From: Eledone cirrhosa
Lineage: Eukaryota
DNA: 64,000 nucleotides
Direction of reading: 5' to 3'
Assembly (NCBI GenBank): GCA_964016885.1
Contig: OZ024757.1
Coordinates: 28,086,001-28,150,000, forward strand
Numbering within the stretch: position 1 is the stretch's first letter; each line of letters starts with the position of its first letter. Below are positions 49,995 through 64,000 of this stretch, one piece after another. A program made the translations under genes and the position numbers. The notes beneath the pieces were generated by a model that saw nothing but the letters and a program-made list of their open reading frames with translations, searched no databases and was not told where the DNA came from.

Positions 49995-51350
49995 ACCACC
50001 TTACCACCACCACTATCACCCCCACTACTATCACCTCCACCACCATTATCACCACCTCAACCACTACCACCACCACCACTCTCATCCCAGACACCAACAT
50101 CAACACCACCACCACCACCACCACCACTATCATCACAAACGACAACATCACCACCACCACCATTATCACCACCACCACCAACATTATCACCACCTCAACC
50201 ACTACCACCACCACTCTCATCCCAAACACCAACATCAACACCACCACCACCACCACCACCACCACCACCATCACCACTATCATCACAAACGACAACATCA
50301 CCACCACCACCATTATCACCACCACCACCGCCGCCACCACCACCAACATTATCACCACCTCAACCACTACCACCACCACTCTCATCCCAAACACCAACAT
50401 CAACACCACCACCACCACCACCACCATCACCACTATCATCACAAACGACAACATCACCACCACCACCATTATCACCACCACCACCGCCGCCACCACCACC
50501 AACATTATCACCATCTCAACCACTACCACCGCCACTCTCATCACAAACGCCAACATCACCACAATCTCACTCCCTATCACCAACACCCATAACACCACCA
50601 CAACCACCACAACTACCACAACTAGTAACAAAAACAACTACTACTATAACAATTCTACCCACACTAGCATTAATATCCCTATTACAACCAGCACCATTTT
50701 ACTAATACCCCTACCACCAACAACATGGTCACTACCAGCATCACCAACGTCAGCGCAATCACCACCACCACCATCACCATCATTATCACCAGCACTAACA
50801 CCAAAACCACCATCACCTCCACTACCACCTCCCATAACACTACCAACACTACCACCACTACCACCAGCACCAACAACGACAACACCACCACCACTACCAT
50901 CACTATCACCAGCCCTAACACCAAAACCACCACCACCTCCACCACGTTTAATAACTCCACCCTACACCTCTAATAACACTACCACCACTACCACCAGTAC
51001 CACTACTACCAATACCACCACCAACAACATCAAGATCACAATCGCCAGTACTACACCATCGCCACCCGCTACCACTGTCTCCACCCTAACAAGAACCACC
51101 AATACCACCATCACCAATGCCACTAAACTGTTATCATCATCACCATCACCACCACCACTATCATCACCACCATTTATAACACCGCCACCAAAAACATTTC
51201 AACACCAACCCGCCACACTCACAACACCTCCTGTAATAATACCTCCACCACCATCATAACACCTCTTCACCATCATTACACCATCTCAGACACCACCACT
51301 ACCACTACCACTACCACAACCCTCATACCAGGACCACCATCGCCACCACA
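49995..51350. repeat. (ACC)-rich low-complexity tract with higher-order duplications
   Basis: recurring ccactctcatcccaaacaccaacatcaac and ctatcatcacaaacgacaacatc blocks. Confidence 0.9.
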
Positions 51351-51465
51351 ATATTTACACCAGTGGGACTTACAGCAGCCACTGTCAAAAGACTGTTAAA
51401 GGGAAGATAAAAAGACCATTGCAGTGTCTTGATCTTACAGTATATACATATATACATATACAGAT

Positions 51466-51504
<39 letters not shown>

Positions 51505-51559
51505 CATACACACACACAGACACACACACATATATATATATATACATACACACACACAG

Positions 51560-51602
<43 letters not shown>

Positions 51603-52963
51603 TACATACACATATATGCTCACAGATACATACATATATATATATATACACACACACACATATATATATATATATACACACATACATATATACATACATA
51701 TATATACATATATATACATACTTATACATATCTATATACACACACCCACACACACACACACATATATATATATTTATATATATACATATATACGCACATA
51801 TATATATACATACACGTACGTACATACATATCTACAGTGTTGTCATTACGGATGTAAAGGAAACATGTCTACCGAGATTGTCACAAATGAACGTAAGTTT
51901 GAGATTTTGTAAATTCCACCATTTTGAATCCCTGTTTTTTATGTTTTTTGCCGAATTTTCTTGAAAGATTTCCGCTCAATCAATGCAATAAAGCCGTCAA
52001 CACGATCACCACTATTATTACTACCATCGAGCCAATTAAGAAAAGAAGAGCAAGCTCCTGATAGAAATAGTAGCCACATTTCCCTCAAATTACTCATTGT
52101 ATTTTGTTTGTGTTTTTTATTTTGTTTTTTGTTTCTTAACGAAGGATATATTGGATAATAGAGTCCTGGGTACATTATGTCGGGAACTAAATGGAGGGTT
52201 GTTATGCTTAGGACGTCTTTGATCATGGTTCTACTGGGTCCGTTCCGACCGGGGGTTAAACAACAATAACAAAATATGTTGTCTTCATTGACAAACATTT
52301 TCATTAATGCTAATGACTTTTCTGCTCATTACAAGTTTAGTTTTAATCATACATTCCAACATACATACAAATATACATACGTACATACATAAATATAGAC
52401 ATATAGACAGACACACACACACACACAAATACACACACGTGTGTGTGTGTGTGTTTGAGTGTATGTGTATATATATATATAGGGTGTCCCCCAAAATGTA
52501 TACTCACTTTGATTACCTGTACAGGCAATATTTATTATAATGATATTCAAGCGTGTTTAAATCTTTGTGTGTGTACCAGACTCGAAGAAGCCGTGTTGCT
52601 TGGAAGGCGGGGTATGTGTACGCCATGGGTACTGCCCGGTCCGGTCCTACAAAAGGGTCTACCTATCTATCTCTTTCTGACCCCGCGAAACTTGGAGTAC
52701 TGAGAGAGAATAATCTCAGTCATATAGTAAATATATGTTCTCTACTTTTGTATTGAGCACTCTTTCTCCAGTTTGCAAATCCATGTGTGTAGTTAATAAT
52801 AAGTATGGTCGTCTAGCTGCATATTATATAATATATATATATTTGGGGAGGGTCATATTGCCAGAATTAATAATATACATATATAGGTACAGGTCGAGAC
52901 ACAATAAATATCTTTTATATGTAAACGAAACTTTCCCACTTTTTTCTATATATATATTTTTTC

Positions 52964-53031
<68 letters not shown>

Positions 53032-53070
53032 GATATTAATAAATGGAAACTATATTTATAAAACCATATT

Positions 53071-53131
53071 TATTCTATTATATATATTTCAAGGGTACCA
53101 AAACTTTGGTACGCCCTCATCAGATAAAATA
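53071..53131 (-). ncRNA. Minimal Type I hammerhead motif (Penelope-like)
   Basis: tattttat-CTGATGA-GGGCGTACCAAAGTTTTGGTACCCTT-GAA-ATATATAT-A-atagaata; 8-bp stem I, palindromic stem III. Confidence 0.72.
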
Positions 53132-53318
53132 CAAATTTGTTTTTATAAATAGTGACATACCCAGGAATCAGACCGTAACGGTTCAAGTTCCTATGGTTTT
53201 ATAAATATAGTTTCCATTTATTAATATCATTGATATTATACTCCAGAAAACTTGTTGAGTGCTTCGGATCTGTTATAAATATATTTATTGAATTACCAAC
53301 AAATTAAATATCCCTTTG

Positions 53319-54248
<930 letters not shown>

Positions 54249-54250
54249 GT

Positions 54251-54508
54251 GGAGGCACGTGGTTTAGTGGTAAGGGTGTTGCACTTACGATCATAATGTC
54301 GTGGGTTCGATTCCTATGTTGCATTTTGTGTTCTTGAGCAAAACACTTCATTTCCCGTTGCTCCTGTATACTCAGCTGAGAATGAGTACCTGCAATAGCT
54401 GCCATGGACTGGCGTCTTGTCCAGGGGGTACTCTCAGTCGCTGCACGCCATGAAACCGGGATAAGCACCGGCCAAATGAGCCTTCTGGCTTAAGACAGAC
54501 TTTAGACT
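54251..54508 (+). mobile_element. Second tRNA-derived SINE family; copies about 14655-14928 (-), 63105-63340, 8400-8510, 27535-27680
   Basis: tggtttagtggt A-box, ggttcgattcc B-box, CORE-like tgttcttgagcaaaacactt, aatgagtacc. Confidence 0.85.
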
Positions 54509-54532
54509 GTATATATATAAGCTCATACACTT

Positions 54533-54673
54533 AACATGTATGCGCGACCCTAGGTTTCGGGGTCCAGTTCTAGCTACCACTCTATAGTGGAGAAGCCGTT
54601 CTAAAAGTGGCTAGTCAACTAGACAGTGGTAGCCATAACTGGATCCTGAAACCTAGTATCTCGCATACATGTT
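54533..54673. repeat. Imperfect palindrome carrying hammerhead 3' halves
   Basis: aacatgtatgcg..ctaggtttcggggtccagtt vs aactggatcctgaaacctag..cgcatacatgtt. Confidence 0.85.
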
Positions 54674-54832
54674 ACGAGTATATAATATAAACTAAATAAG
54701 TTCTCTTATACTAGACTATATATATATATTAATGCGATGAAATACCCATGATCGTTCGGTAAATCACTGATGAGGGACTCATTTTATAACATGTTATCCA
54801 TGTGCAACCAGCAGTATTCTTCTCACCCATAT

Positions 54833-54870
<38 letters not shown>

Positions 54871-55193
54871 CTTCTAGAAGACTAGAACTGTTTCATTCGT
54901 ATGAAATCATCAGGAAATAATAAAGATGCATACACTCTACTAATGTATTGAGTAGCTTTTTTAACTGTGGCTACCCCCCCCCCCCCCCCCCGACATAACT
55001 CGGTAATCTACACACACACTCATATATATATATATATATATATAATAGAGAAATGGCTTCTGCAGGACTAGAACTGTTTCATTCGGGAGAAATCATCTTA
55101 TTGTGGATTTTATTATGCTTCCTAAAGCTACCGGATTATTTGCATCTTTTGTGTGGCAGACCTGATATATAACGTCTATGTTCAATTCATATG

Positions 55194-55235
<42 letters not shown>

Positions 55236-55354
55236 AACGGCCGGAGCTCAGCCGTCGGGGTCCTGATTCTTTTCGTATTACCCACTCTATTTCCCATAGT
55301 ATCGAGTACTCTGGTGCGTTATGGTCCACCTGGTTCTTTACCACACTTTCTTCG

Positions 55355-55432
<78 letters not shown>

Positions 55433-55680
55433 GCACGCACAAAATCTTATGCAAAACTAGAAATAGATCCTCAAAGCTGAAAATAAATCAAAATTAAATG
55501 TAAAGTGTAAGACCGCCAAAGCTGGTAATAGGCCCTGACCGGATGTAAAATGTAGGCCCATTATTAGCGCTCATGTTGGTAGATATATATTAAGTTGTGT
55601 GCTAAGCAGCCCACGTATATGTTAAAGTTATATCTGCATATATATATATATATATGTATATATGTATATATATCTTAATT

Positions 55681-55872
55681 TGACCGTGAGATACGTACAC
55701 GCACATACACGTGCGGTTGTAGGGGTCACCATTAAATACGTACACATATATACAAATGTGGTTGTTGAGGTGACCGTGAGATACATACACATGCATATAC
55801 GTGTCGTTTCAGGGGGTGACCGTGAGATACGTACAGATACACACACATGTAGTTGTCGATGTGACCGTGATA
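55681..55872. repeat. About 45-50 bp degenerate tandem repeat
   Basis: tgaccgtgagatacgtacac..acacgtg units, 4-5 copies. Confidence 0.8.
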
Positions 55873-56869
55873 CTGAATCACAGGTTAACACCAATGTCCA
55901 TTGTTCATTACGGTCTGAGTGCAAATCCCGTCGAGGTTAACTTTGCCTTTCATCCTTACCAGGTCGATAAAATAAAGTACCAGTAATGAACTGGGTAATT
56001 GCTGGCCTTGTGCCAAAAGTAGAAACAATTTTCTTTGGCAGTATCGGTTGAGGGTCGGACGCCATGCTTTCCAGCATAGTTACGTCCCTTTACGATCTGA
56101 GTTCAAATCCCGCCGAGGTTGACTTTGCCTTTCATCCTTACGGGGTCGATAAAATAAAGTACCAGTAATGCACTGGGTATTTGCTGGCCTTGTGCCTATT
56201 GTAGAAACAATTATCTTCAGTAAAAAGTTAGGCGGCCAATTGACATAGTCGTTAGAACGTCCGATAGAATACTTTGGGGTATTCGTCCCGACTCTCTGAG
56301 TTCAAAACCCGCCGATGTCAACTTTGCCTTTCGTCCTTCGTGTTATTTGAACGCAGAGTGCTGAACGCCAAAACCAATACCGCAAAGCATTTTCACTTTA
56401 TAACTGCTCTGCCAATTTGCTACTTTTCCTGATACATTTATAAATGCCTCTTGAACATGTTGGTATGGTCCCATAAGTCCTGATAGAGTCGTGGGGGGGG
56501 GGGGGGGGGCGTATGGACATGCGGCGTTTTGGGGGCATTTTTTCAAGCCTGGTAGAGACCATCCCTTTCCAGGCCTGAGTACAGCACATTTCTTCCAGAG
56601 AGAGGAAGAAAGTGAGAGAGAGGAAATGAGGAAATGAGGAAGAGATATAGAGCAACAATCGACCCCAGTACTAGACTTTTTTATCGACCTCGAAATGATG
56701 AAAGACTAAGTTGACCTCGGCGGGATTTGACCCCAGAGAAGTAGAGAGCCGGAACGAATACCATAAAAGATTCTATCCGACATTCTAACGACTCTGCCAA
56801 TTTGCCGCCTATTGAACATGCTACCTGCTCGAATAAAAGGTTCTTCGTTTTGGGGTTTCTATTCTACAG

Positions 56870-57109
56870 GTCCTGTCAACTGTAAGAAAAGTGATGCCAT
56901 GTGCTTGGTCTGTGGAGACAGAGCATCAGGAAAACACTACGGTGTACTCAGCTGTGATGGATGCCGAGGATTCTTCAAACGGAGCATCCGAAGAAATCTC
57001 GACTACGTGTGCAAGGAATCTGGCGCATGCGTCGTTGATATTGCTCGTCGAAACCAGTGCCAGGCTTGCCGCTTCAGGAAATGCCTGGATATGAAGATGA
57101 ACAAAGACG
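56870..57109 (+). CDS. NR2E6: Nuclear receptor C4 zinc-finger DNA-binding-domain exon, NR2E subfamily (PNR-like/NR2E6); other exons not identified
   Basis: ctacag acceptor and gtgagt donor (phase 1/1); [71 protein letters not shown]2E is secure; the E6 assignment rests on my recall that P-box CDGCRG marks insect PNR-like/NR2E6. Confidence 0.85.
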
Positions 57110-57206
57110 GTGAGTTACTTCTATCTATCTATCTATATCTATCTATCTATCTATGTATCTATTTATCTATCTGTCTGTCTGTATGTCTAGACACACACAC
57201 ACATAC

Positions 57207-57265
<59 letters not shown>

Positions 57266-58415
57266 TATACCAATTCCTCTCTCTCACTCCCTTTTTCTCT
57301 GACTGAATACACACGTGTTTCCTCTCGAAAAAGCTTTTTTCCTGTTTCTTTTCTAATTCCCATCTATCTTTCTATTTTTTCTTCTCCCTCTCATCCTATT
57401 TTCCAATGAAGGACTAACGTTAGAAACGTTAAGTCTCTGTATCAACCGTTAAAGACTATTATAGTAAGCGTTAAACGAATATAATACACCATTGTATTGT
57501 ATTATGTTTTACCTTGTTGACCTTTCTTATACATGCATGTTTGTCCGACTAGCTGTACAATCTTCTCATTGAATTGAATGGAAAAGTATAGAAAGTGGCT
57601 GAGTATCTCCACAGATACGAGTGCATTTAACTATTTCGTTACAATATTTCCAGACACTGCCATTGGCTTTCAAATAACTATAAAAATAACCAAGAGTTTG
57701 GAGGGATTTAGTAATATAACAAATTTGTTCATGATTAAGCCGGTGTTTGGAGAATCACTTATCAAAGGTCCTTACATAAGATTATGATAGAAGGGTTTCA
57801 AATAAATATAAAAACTTTAGAGTCAACAGCTTTGTATCAGGCGGTTTAGTGTCAGAAAGGTTGACATAATTCTTAAGTGGAATCAACGTGACACAGTGTG
57901 ACACAGTGTAACAAACCTGGACCTTTGAATTACAAGTACAAAGCATCTAATTCTAACGGGATTTTAGGCAGCTTCTATATACCTAATTTAATTCTGATGT
58001 CTTGAGCTTGATCCGAGGCTATGGTAAAAGATATTTGGTCCTTATGTCACAGGATGTGACTGAAACTGGGACCGCATAATTGCGAAGCGAACTTCTTAAC
58101 CATGGTGAGCTTCCAAAGATTTTTTGTGAACTCAGTTTCCCTCGGATAGAATGAAGATGATCCGAGGAAATGGCAAAAGACACTTGAACAGGATGCCACA
58201 GAGAATGACTTAGCCTGGGACCTCATGATTTCGGAACACACTCTTTAACCACACGACCATACCTCCATCCATCTGATTCTCTTGAAAAAAAAAAAAAAAA
58301 AAGATATATATATATATATATATATATAAGATTAGATGCAGTATAAACCAGTTAAACCGTTACTCACCAGAGTAATCGATCCTTGGGGTAGTAGTATGGT
58401 TAATATGAAAAATTC

Positions 58416-58498
58416 GGACCCCGACGGCTCAGCTCTTGCCGTTTCAACAGCTAGATCCGAACAGCTGTTGAAACGCAAGAGCTCAGCCGTCGGGTTCC
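58416..58498. repeat. GC-rich hairpin made of two inverted hammerhead 3' halves (family of 45948 and 55232)
   Basis: ccgacggctcagctcttgccgtttcaacagct / agctgttgaaacgcaagagctcagccgtcgg. Confidence 0.88.
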
Positions 58499-58515
58499 TG
58501 ATTCCTCCATATATT

Positions 58516-58580
<65 letters not shown>

Positions 58581-59452
58581 ACACATATATACATATAAAG
58601 AATAGTTATAAGGTGTCAGGTTTTCCTTAATGGAAAGAAATTAGATTCCCTGTGAAATCTATTGACGTATAGTTTTCAAAATCGATAAATCAACAAACTA
58701 TATAATCCCCAATATTGAATATTGATCCTTATTTTATATATTTTTGTATTGTGTTTGATTTTTTGTTGTCTGTTTATTTTTGTGGGGGTTTTTTTTTCTG
58801 ATTTGTACTTATATATTTATTTGTGGGCTCAGCATTGCTGAATGGTTCAGAAGTTCGTTTCGAAACCAAAAGGTCTTGAGTACGATCCCTGGGTGTAGCC
58901 CTTGGGCAAGTGTCATTTACCGTAGCCTCGGATCGACTCAAGCTTTGTGAATGACTCAAGTTTTGGTAGACGGAAACTGTTTCGAAGTCCAATGAATGGA
59001 CATTACTTGTAGTTCAAAAGGCCAACATTGTCACAAACTGTGTCTCGATGAATTTCATCGAGTGTTACGTTAGTGGTACACGTGTCTGTGGAATGCTCAG
59101 CCACTTACTCATGAATTTCATGAGCAGGCTGTTCCGTTGATCGAACAACTGGAATTCTCGTCATCGAAACCGACGCAGATCCATTCGAAGCTTTGAATCA
59201 GCAGATCGATTATCAAAAGCTTTCCCGTGGGTTCCGCCAGGTTTAAAATACCCAAGACACATCACGGGTGTTAGGACGACTTCATCATCAGTTAGGTTAA
59301 GTTTTTTTCATTTTTTCCTTAGAAAAGCCGCCACACAGAGGTTTGCTCACACGATCGTCTCGTTTTCTGGAAGTTTCGATTCCCAAATCAGTGACAGTTC
59401 TTATCATTGTATGACAACTCCAACTCACTATTTACCACCTCCCATCTCTCTC

Positions 59453-59557
<105 letters not shown>

Positions 59558-59959
59558 CTCTTTCCTTCTCTCTCTCTCCCTCTCGCTCTCAGTTGTCTCT
59601 AATCTTTAAAAAAGAACAATGCTAAAGAGAAAAACACACACAAACAAGCATAGAACATTGAAATCATACTGATAATTTCTTCAACCTTGCCATGCGCTAC
59701 CTGATAAACGATTTTCTTTTTATCAACAACAAATCTAATCTTTAACAGACGTACACCTCCACATATATTCGCGTGAGGTGCACAGCTAAATATTTATGCA
59801 ACATTTTTACATATTTCTAATGAAAAGAACTGAAAATAATCAAGAACCTGGAAGAATTTAGTAATATATATAACTATTTCACTTCAGCCAAGCTTCCATT
59901 CGCATCAGATCGTATCCAATCCTACTTGTCCATCATTGCAGTTTTCAATTCATCTACGT

Positions 59960-60477
59960 TAGAGGGTCTCAAAATAGGCGCTACCTGGCACAGGGGTTGA
60001 CCATGATCAGCTAGGTGGTTCTCCCTGAGTGAGGCCCTTCCATTGCACTCCGGTTGGGTTGACTTTTGCGATCGACCCAAATGTCGGCGACTCGGGTGCG
60101 TTGAGAAGGTCCAGGGGGTGCTGGGGCCTAAGGTGGTGGTGGGTGGTGGTAGAGATAATATAATAGTATATTAAATATCAAATGATAATATTATGTATCC
60201 TTACGGGGTCGATAATATAAAGTACCAGTAATGCACTGGGTAATTGCTGGCCTTGTGCCAAAAGTAGAAACAATTATATATAAATATAGTAAACTAAAAA
60301 ATATATAATATTTATTTATACATAGTATATATTATATTATTTATTATATATAGAATAACGATTTTATTTATTATATATTATTTACAATTTGCATGTGGGC
60401 AGGTCTCTCTGGCAATAGGGGTGAGAGGCACTGAGGGTATTACGTGGCTGTGAGTGGGGTGGTGGCCCAAAAAAGTT
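59960..60477 (-). mobile_element. hAT-type MITE in opposite orientation, containing U1 fragment and a SINE fragment (about 60197-60277)
   Basis: Reverse complement of the 28006/61659 body; one TIR truncated. Confidence 0.8.
59982..60101 (+). pseudogene. U1: Truncated U1 snRNA copy (about nt 6-125; lacks first 5 nt, Sm site and stem-loop IV)
   Basis: TACCTGGC start; SL I CCAT-GATCAGCTAG-GTGG; SL II with intact U1A loop ATTGCACTCC; SL III with CAAATGT; closing GCAC/GTGC helix; colinear with metazoan U1. Confidence 0.9.
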
Positions 60478-61658
60478 AAAATAAGGTTTTTATATATGAT
60501 AGAAGGGTTTTTCTATAAACTAGAATTTCTTTTTCAACACGCCGACGCGTATGTGTATATGTATGTGCCCGTGTGTGTATGTGCATATGTATGATTATAT
60601 TAATATAAACGCGCAAACACAAACACACTTACAAAGATACGCACTCACAGACATACATTCACACAAATACACATACATACATTCACCCATGCATACATTT
60701 ACACAAACACACTTACAGACAGTGGAGTAAATGGAACGCCAGTTTCTGTTTTGCAATAGTTTTTTCACCATCCCCTTCCTTCCTTTTACATACACATATA
60801 TTCACACAAACACACACACATATTGTGTGACGGACAGACGGATGGAAGTCGCTCAAATTTATATATAGATATAACACTGTAAACCTTTTTTTTTACCATA
60901 TTTCTAATGAAAAACTCCTATTTTTTTAAAAATTATTCTTGAAATAATCAAGAATTTGGACAGAGAAAGTAATATAACTATTTTATTATTAAGCTGGAGT
61001 TGAGAACATAAATTAATAAATATTCTTACATAAAATTATGTTATTTTACAGTATGATTGTGTCATGATGTTTGTTTTCCTGTATATAGCCAGCACGTACC
61101 AACTTAATGTCAGATAATTAAATAAACAAGCACACCTTAGTGTCTAGTTATCTATACTTCAGTTTTACCTTTTGCTTTTAGTCTAATCAATGAAACGGTG
61201 AGATAAGGCAATCATTTGTCGGCATTAAGTTGACTCTTGCAGTACTTCAGCAATCTGTTAAGAAGGACCCAAAACGCGTGTCCCGTGAGAATTATTCAAG
61301 TGGTTACACGTTTATTATATATATGTGTGTGTGTGTATGCATGTATATATGCATGTATATATATATATGCATATCTATATGTATGTGTGTGTGTGTAGGC
61401 ATGTATGTATGTATTACCTTTTGAAAGCCTAATCTTTAAATTCGTTAGCATCCAGACGATCTTAACCGCCATTTCTTTCTCTATTCACAACAACAATTTC
61501 TAATTCAAATGTCATTCAAATAACGGAAACATTGGAAAAAATGGTTTTAACTTAAATTTAAGTGTTCTCAGTTATTAAATGTATATTCTTATAGATATAG
61601 GTTTCTACTGTTTTAAATAAATTATTGTTTTTATGGTGTGAAGAGGCATAACCTAGGG

Positions 61659-61966
61659 CAGAGGTTCTCAAACTTTTGGAGCCACCGTCTCACCTTTCGA
61701 CCACGTAATACCCTCAGTGGCCTCACCCCTATTTCCAGAGAGACCTGCCTACACGCAAATTGTAAATAATATATAATAAATAAAATCGTTAATTTATATA
61801 TAATAAATAATATAATGTATAAATAAATATCACATTTTTTTTATTTTACTATATTTTGATTTAATATGTATCAATTGATATCTAATATACTATTATATTA
61901 TCTCTACCACCACCCACCACCCCCTTGGACCCTGGACCTTCTCAGCACCCCTATGGAGAACCTCTA
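61659..61966. mobile_element. hAT-type MITE
   Basis: cagaggttctc...gagaacctcta, TSD acctaggg/gcctaggg, body matches 28006 copy. Confidence 0.85.
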
Positions 61967-63469
61967 GCCTAGGGGTTACGGTTTTGGTCTCACGCTCATG
62001 ATGACTTGGGTTTCATTCCTGACCCAAGCATGACGCTTTTCATGACCCGGCTGGATATCCTTTCATTATAACACTCGGAAACTTCTATGAGTAACATAAG
62101 CGTGAGCTGTAAACTTCATTTCCCCCCTTTTTGATGGCAATTAACTCTTAACATCCTATAACGATTTAGTAGAAAATATCTAAACAGGTTTCTTAATTTT
62201 TAATTCATATGTCTTTGGTATCTTTACTAGTGGATAAATTATTGTGAATATTTACAGTGTTAGAATAAAGACTTAATTTTTTAATCTGCTGGAGCCATAG
62301 TACTGTTTTTATTATTCTTTTTCTTCAAAGATATCTTGCTAATATGGTTTTATGCGATACAAGACATTATGAGTCAAATAAAATGTGACGTTTTCTCCTG
62401 TGACATTTTTTTTTTTTTATGGATTCAAAGATTCCCTCGAGATCGATCCCACCCCTACCTTCCTCATATGCAGCAGACGACCATGGCTGCTAAAAGATCA
62501 AGTTTCTTCTCCCTGTTAAAGAATTGTCTAGATACCCCACATTTCCTGTTCACACGGTTCCTAACTTTCAATGAAAACTTCGGAAATTTCTTCGGTTTCT
62601 TTTTATATTTTATTTTGAATTTATTTTTCATGTATTAAATGCAATGGTGAACAATAATTGCAGTATATATCTATTTCTAATTTAGGCACAAGGCCAGCAA
62701 ATTTTAGGGCTGGGCAAAGTTGATTAAATCAACCCCAATACTTAATTAATACTTTTATCGATCCTGGAAGTATCAAAGGGAAATTTAGCATCGGCGAGAC
62801 TTGAACTGAGAATGTAAAGAGCTAGAACAAATACAACAATGATGATTTACTAAATACGTAATATATACAGTGCCGGATTTACCATTCTGCTTAGGTGTGC
62901 TGAAGCACAGGGCTTCGTTTGCCAGGGGGACCCATCTTGCTGCCAAAAAAATGTTTACGATGAATTTTTCAAATGTTTGGGGCATCATAACTTAACTAAA
63001 TCCGGCACTGCATATATACTCGTATATGTAATATATATCTACACAATATATATTAAACTGTTCACGAGGCAGCTGAAATATACGATAGATACCTATCTTT
63101 GAATGCACGTGATCTGTTAGGGTGTTGGGGTTACGGTCATTATGTAATGGGTTCGATTTCTGGATCAGGTGATGCGTTGTGTTCTTGGGCAAAACACTTC
63201 TTTTCATGTTGCTCCAGTCATCTCAGCTGAAAATGAGTACCTGCAGCAACAACCAGACACTAGCCCTGCGGTTCACTGGTGTTCAGTCCTGTGGGGCGTC
63301 TAGTACTCTCAGTAGCTTAACACCAATTAAACCCTGATAAATTCAGGGCCCCCTGCTGTACTCAGGCCTGGAGACTAGAGAGGAATGGCCTCCGCCAGGG
63401 TTAAAATGCCCAAGAAACGCTGTATGTCAATACGCCGCCCCTACGACTCTATCGGGAGTTATGAGACCA

Positions 63470-63967
<498 letters not shown>

Positions 63968-64000
63968 GGCCTGGAGACTAGAGAGGAATGGCCTCCGCCA

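Noticed and set aside
49948-50705. 242-aa Pro-rich extensin-like ORF and antisense Val/Met ORF
   Set aside because: (ACC)n-derived low complexity, no ATG on the plus strand, no splice or domain support
56812-57306. Single-exon 164-aa nuclear receptor as given in the ORF track
   Set aside because: Flanks are intronic (SINE upstream, microsatellite downstream); splice sites bound the DBD at 56870-57109
59313-59330. Possible micro-exon (ttccttag AAAAGCCGCCACACAGAG gtttgc) of the receptor
   Set aside because: Does not encode the AVQxER T-box expected immediately after MNKD; weak donor
59982-60101. Functional U1 gene or pre-miRNA
   Set aside because: Missing 5' ATACT, Sm site and SL IV and embedded in a MITE; the hairpins are explained by U1 stems

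Overview
AT-rich, microsatellite-dense animal genomic DNA; the SINE and (TA)n/(CA)n landscape suggests an octopus (inference). The minus strand carries VPS8 (CORVET subunit): I reconstructed 40 phase-consistent GT-AG coding exons from the ATG at 41866 down to 1909 (about 1263 codons), and the last exons lie left of the window. The plus strand carries one exon (56870-57109) encoding a complete nuclear-receptor DNA-binding domain with P-box CDGCRG, most like NR2E6/PNR-like. The rest is introns and intergenic DNA packed with tRNA-derived SINEs, RTE, CR1 and L1/Tx1 LINE fragments, hAT, piggyBac and Tc1 MITEs, and simple repeats. Two signals stand out. (1) There is a dense set of Type I hammerhead-ribozyme motifs from several unrelated sequence families, usually beside (TA)n and often inside long fold-back palindromes, which fits Penelope-like-element pLTRs; several lie on the VPS8 sense strand. 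(2) A truncated U1 snRNA copy is embedded in a hAT MITE inside the nuclear-receptor intron. All structures were folded by eye and no searches were run.
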